Source: the human T2T-CHM13v2.0 reference genome, Homo sapiens
DNA length: 64,000 nucleotides
Direction: 5' to 3' (one strand)
Assembly (NCBI RefSeq): GCF_009914755.1
Contig: NC_060932.1
In this document: piece after piece, positions 60,892 through 64,000 of the stretch
Position numbering within the stretch: position 1 is the first letter of the stretch
How the letters are laid out: the number at the start of each line of letters is the position of its first letter
Notes under the pieces: generated by a model
What the model saw: only the letters and a program-made list of their open reading frames with translations
What the model was told of the DNA's origin: nothing
Database searches by the model: none
Translations under genes and position numbers: made by a program

Positions 60892-62053
60892 TTAAAGCAG
60901 AATGCTTTGGGCAGCAATACTTTAAGTTTGAAGTTAGTGTTCAGTTTATTATTTGAGGACAATAAAATTGAACATTGGTCCCTGACAATGTTATCTATTT
61001 ACATGCTGACTTCATGAATGTGGGGCATGACCGTTCACATTTAGGAACATTTTCTAATGAGCTGGCAAGCTTTCCATCTGAAGTTTCATGTGGTCATGAC
61101 ATGAAAATAGAAAGAACATACGGGATGAACCTTTTGGGACTCTGGAGAAATGACTAAAGCAGAAACCAATAATGTAAGACACTTAAGGAGTCCATGCCAG
61201 AGAAGGAGGAACAAAATAAACTTCATTTATAACAACACAATTCAAGCAAACCTCACAACAGATAAAAAAACCGTTCAAAAGTTTTATTTTTCCTAAAGAC
61301 AGTGGTAGGAGACTTACAGATTTTAAAGAGCAGACCTTTAATCTCATTGAAGTCATTTTCGGCTAGTAAGATACACGATTACAGATCATCCCAGACAACA
61401 GATAAAATTAAAACATCATCCTATAAAATTCTGTCTAAAACTACTATTACAATCTGAGTCATTTGATTAGGATTTTAAAAATTACACTCTTTAACTGATT
61501 TTAAAGCAAAAAGATTAGATCATTGTGTTGGGGATGGGAAGAAGTCTCAATAAATGTGTAATTTTTTTCTTTCCAGTTAAGGGGGAGAAAAATAATTCTA
61601 GTAGTAGAATTAGGTAAACATTAAAGCAAAAAAACCCCAACCACCCATTCTCACTACCCCACTTCCTTTAAAGTTCAAGTACACTCTGAGAATCAAGGTG
61701 AAGTCAATTTTCAGCTGAGCTAAATTCCAAATCCATTCTTACAAAAAAAAGTATTAGTTTATATAGCACCTACTTATATATAAAATATAAATTTGAAAAA
61801 TGCTTTTAAATGGTAACTCCAACTTTTTGTTTACCCATTATGTTCCAATGCTGGGTAGGTGAACAGTTTTAACCCAACTTCTTCCCCCAATTTTTTTTTT
61901 TTTTTTTTTACAACTCAAGCTACAGATAACCCAGATGAAGTGGCAGTAGGGCCAGATTGCACTGTGCTATATAAAGAGGTTAAAGGTGAGAAAAGTCAAC
62001 CTGAAATGATGTTTCCTGCAATTATTAACCGATATTTAAAAATACTGGCCTGA

Positions 62054-64000
<1,947 letters not shown>

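Overview
Human (or very close great-ape) genomic DNA, recognisable as the 3' part of YWHAZ (14-3-3 zeta; chr8q22.3 by recall) on the - strand plus about 54 kb of repeat-dense downstream intergenic sequence. Four YWHAZ coding exons (residues 99-245) map to the base with GT-AG boundaries and consistent phases, followed by a ~2.1 kb 3'UTR with several poly(A) signals. Downstream lie a near-perfect, ORF-intact RPS26 processed retrocopy (probably RPS26P6), a 5'-truncated SVA nested in an MLT1 LTR, a CpG-retaining MER52 LTR, LTR18, THE1 and other MaLR LTRs, L1/L2/MIR fragments, hAT and mariner MITEs, and about 35 Alus. I see no evidence of a wholly new gene system; almost all other ORFs are repeat-derived or chance. 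The best leads are a possible stop-free circRNA from YWHAZ exons 3-5 flanked by inverted Alus, the young RPS26 retrocopy with an apparent cap-derived G, a MADE1/miR-548-type intronic hairpin, an L2-derived 3'UTR cassette, and a 65-bp templated insertion inside an LTR. Repeat subfamily names, parent sequences and miRNA seeds come from memory; repeat ends are approximate unless TSDs are quoted.
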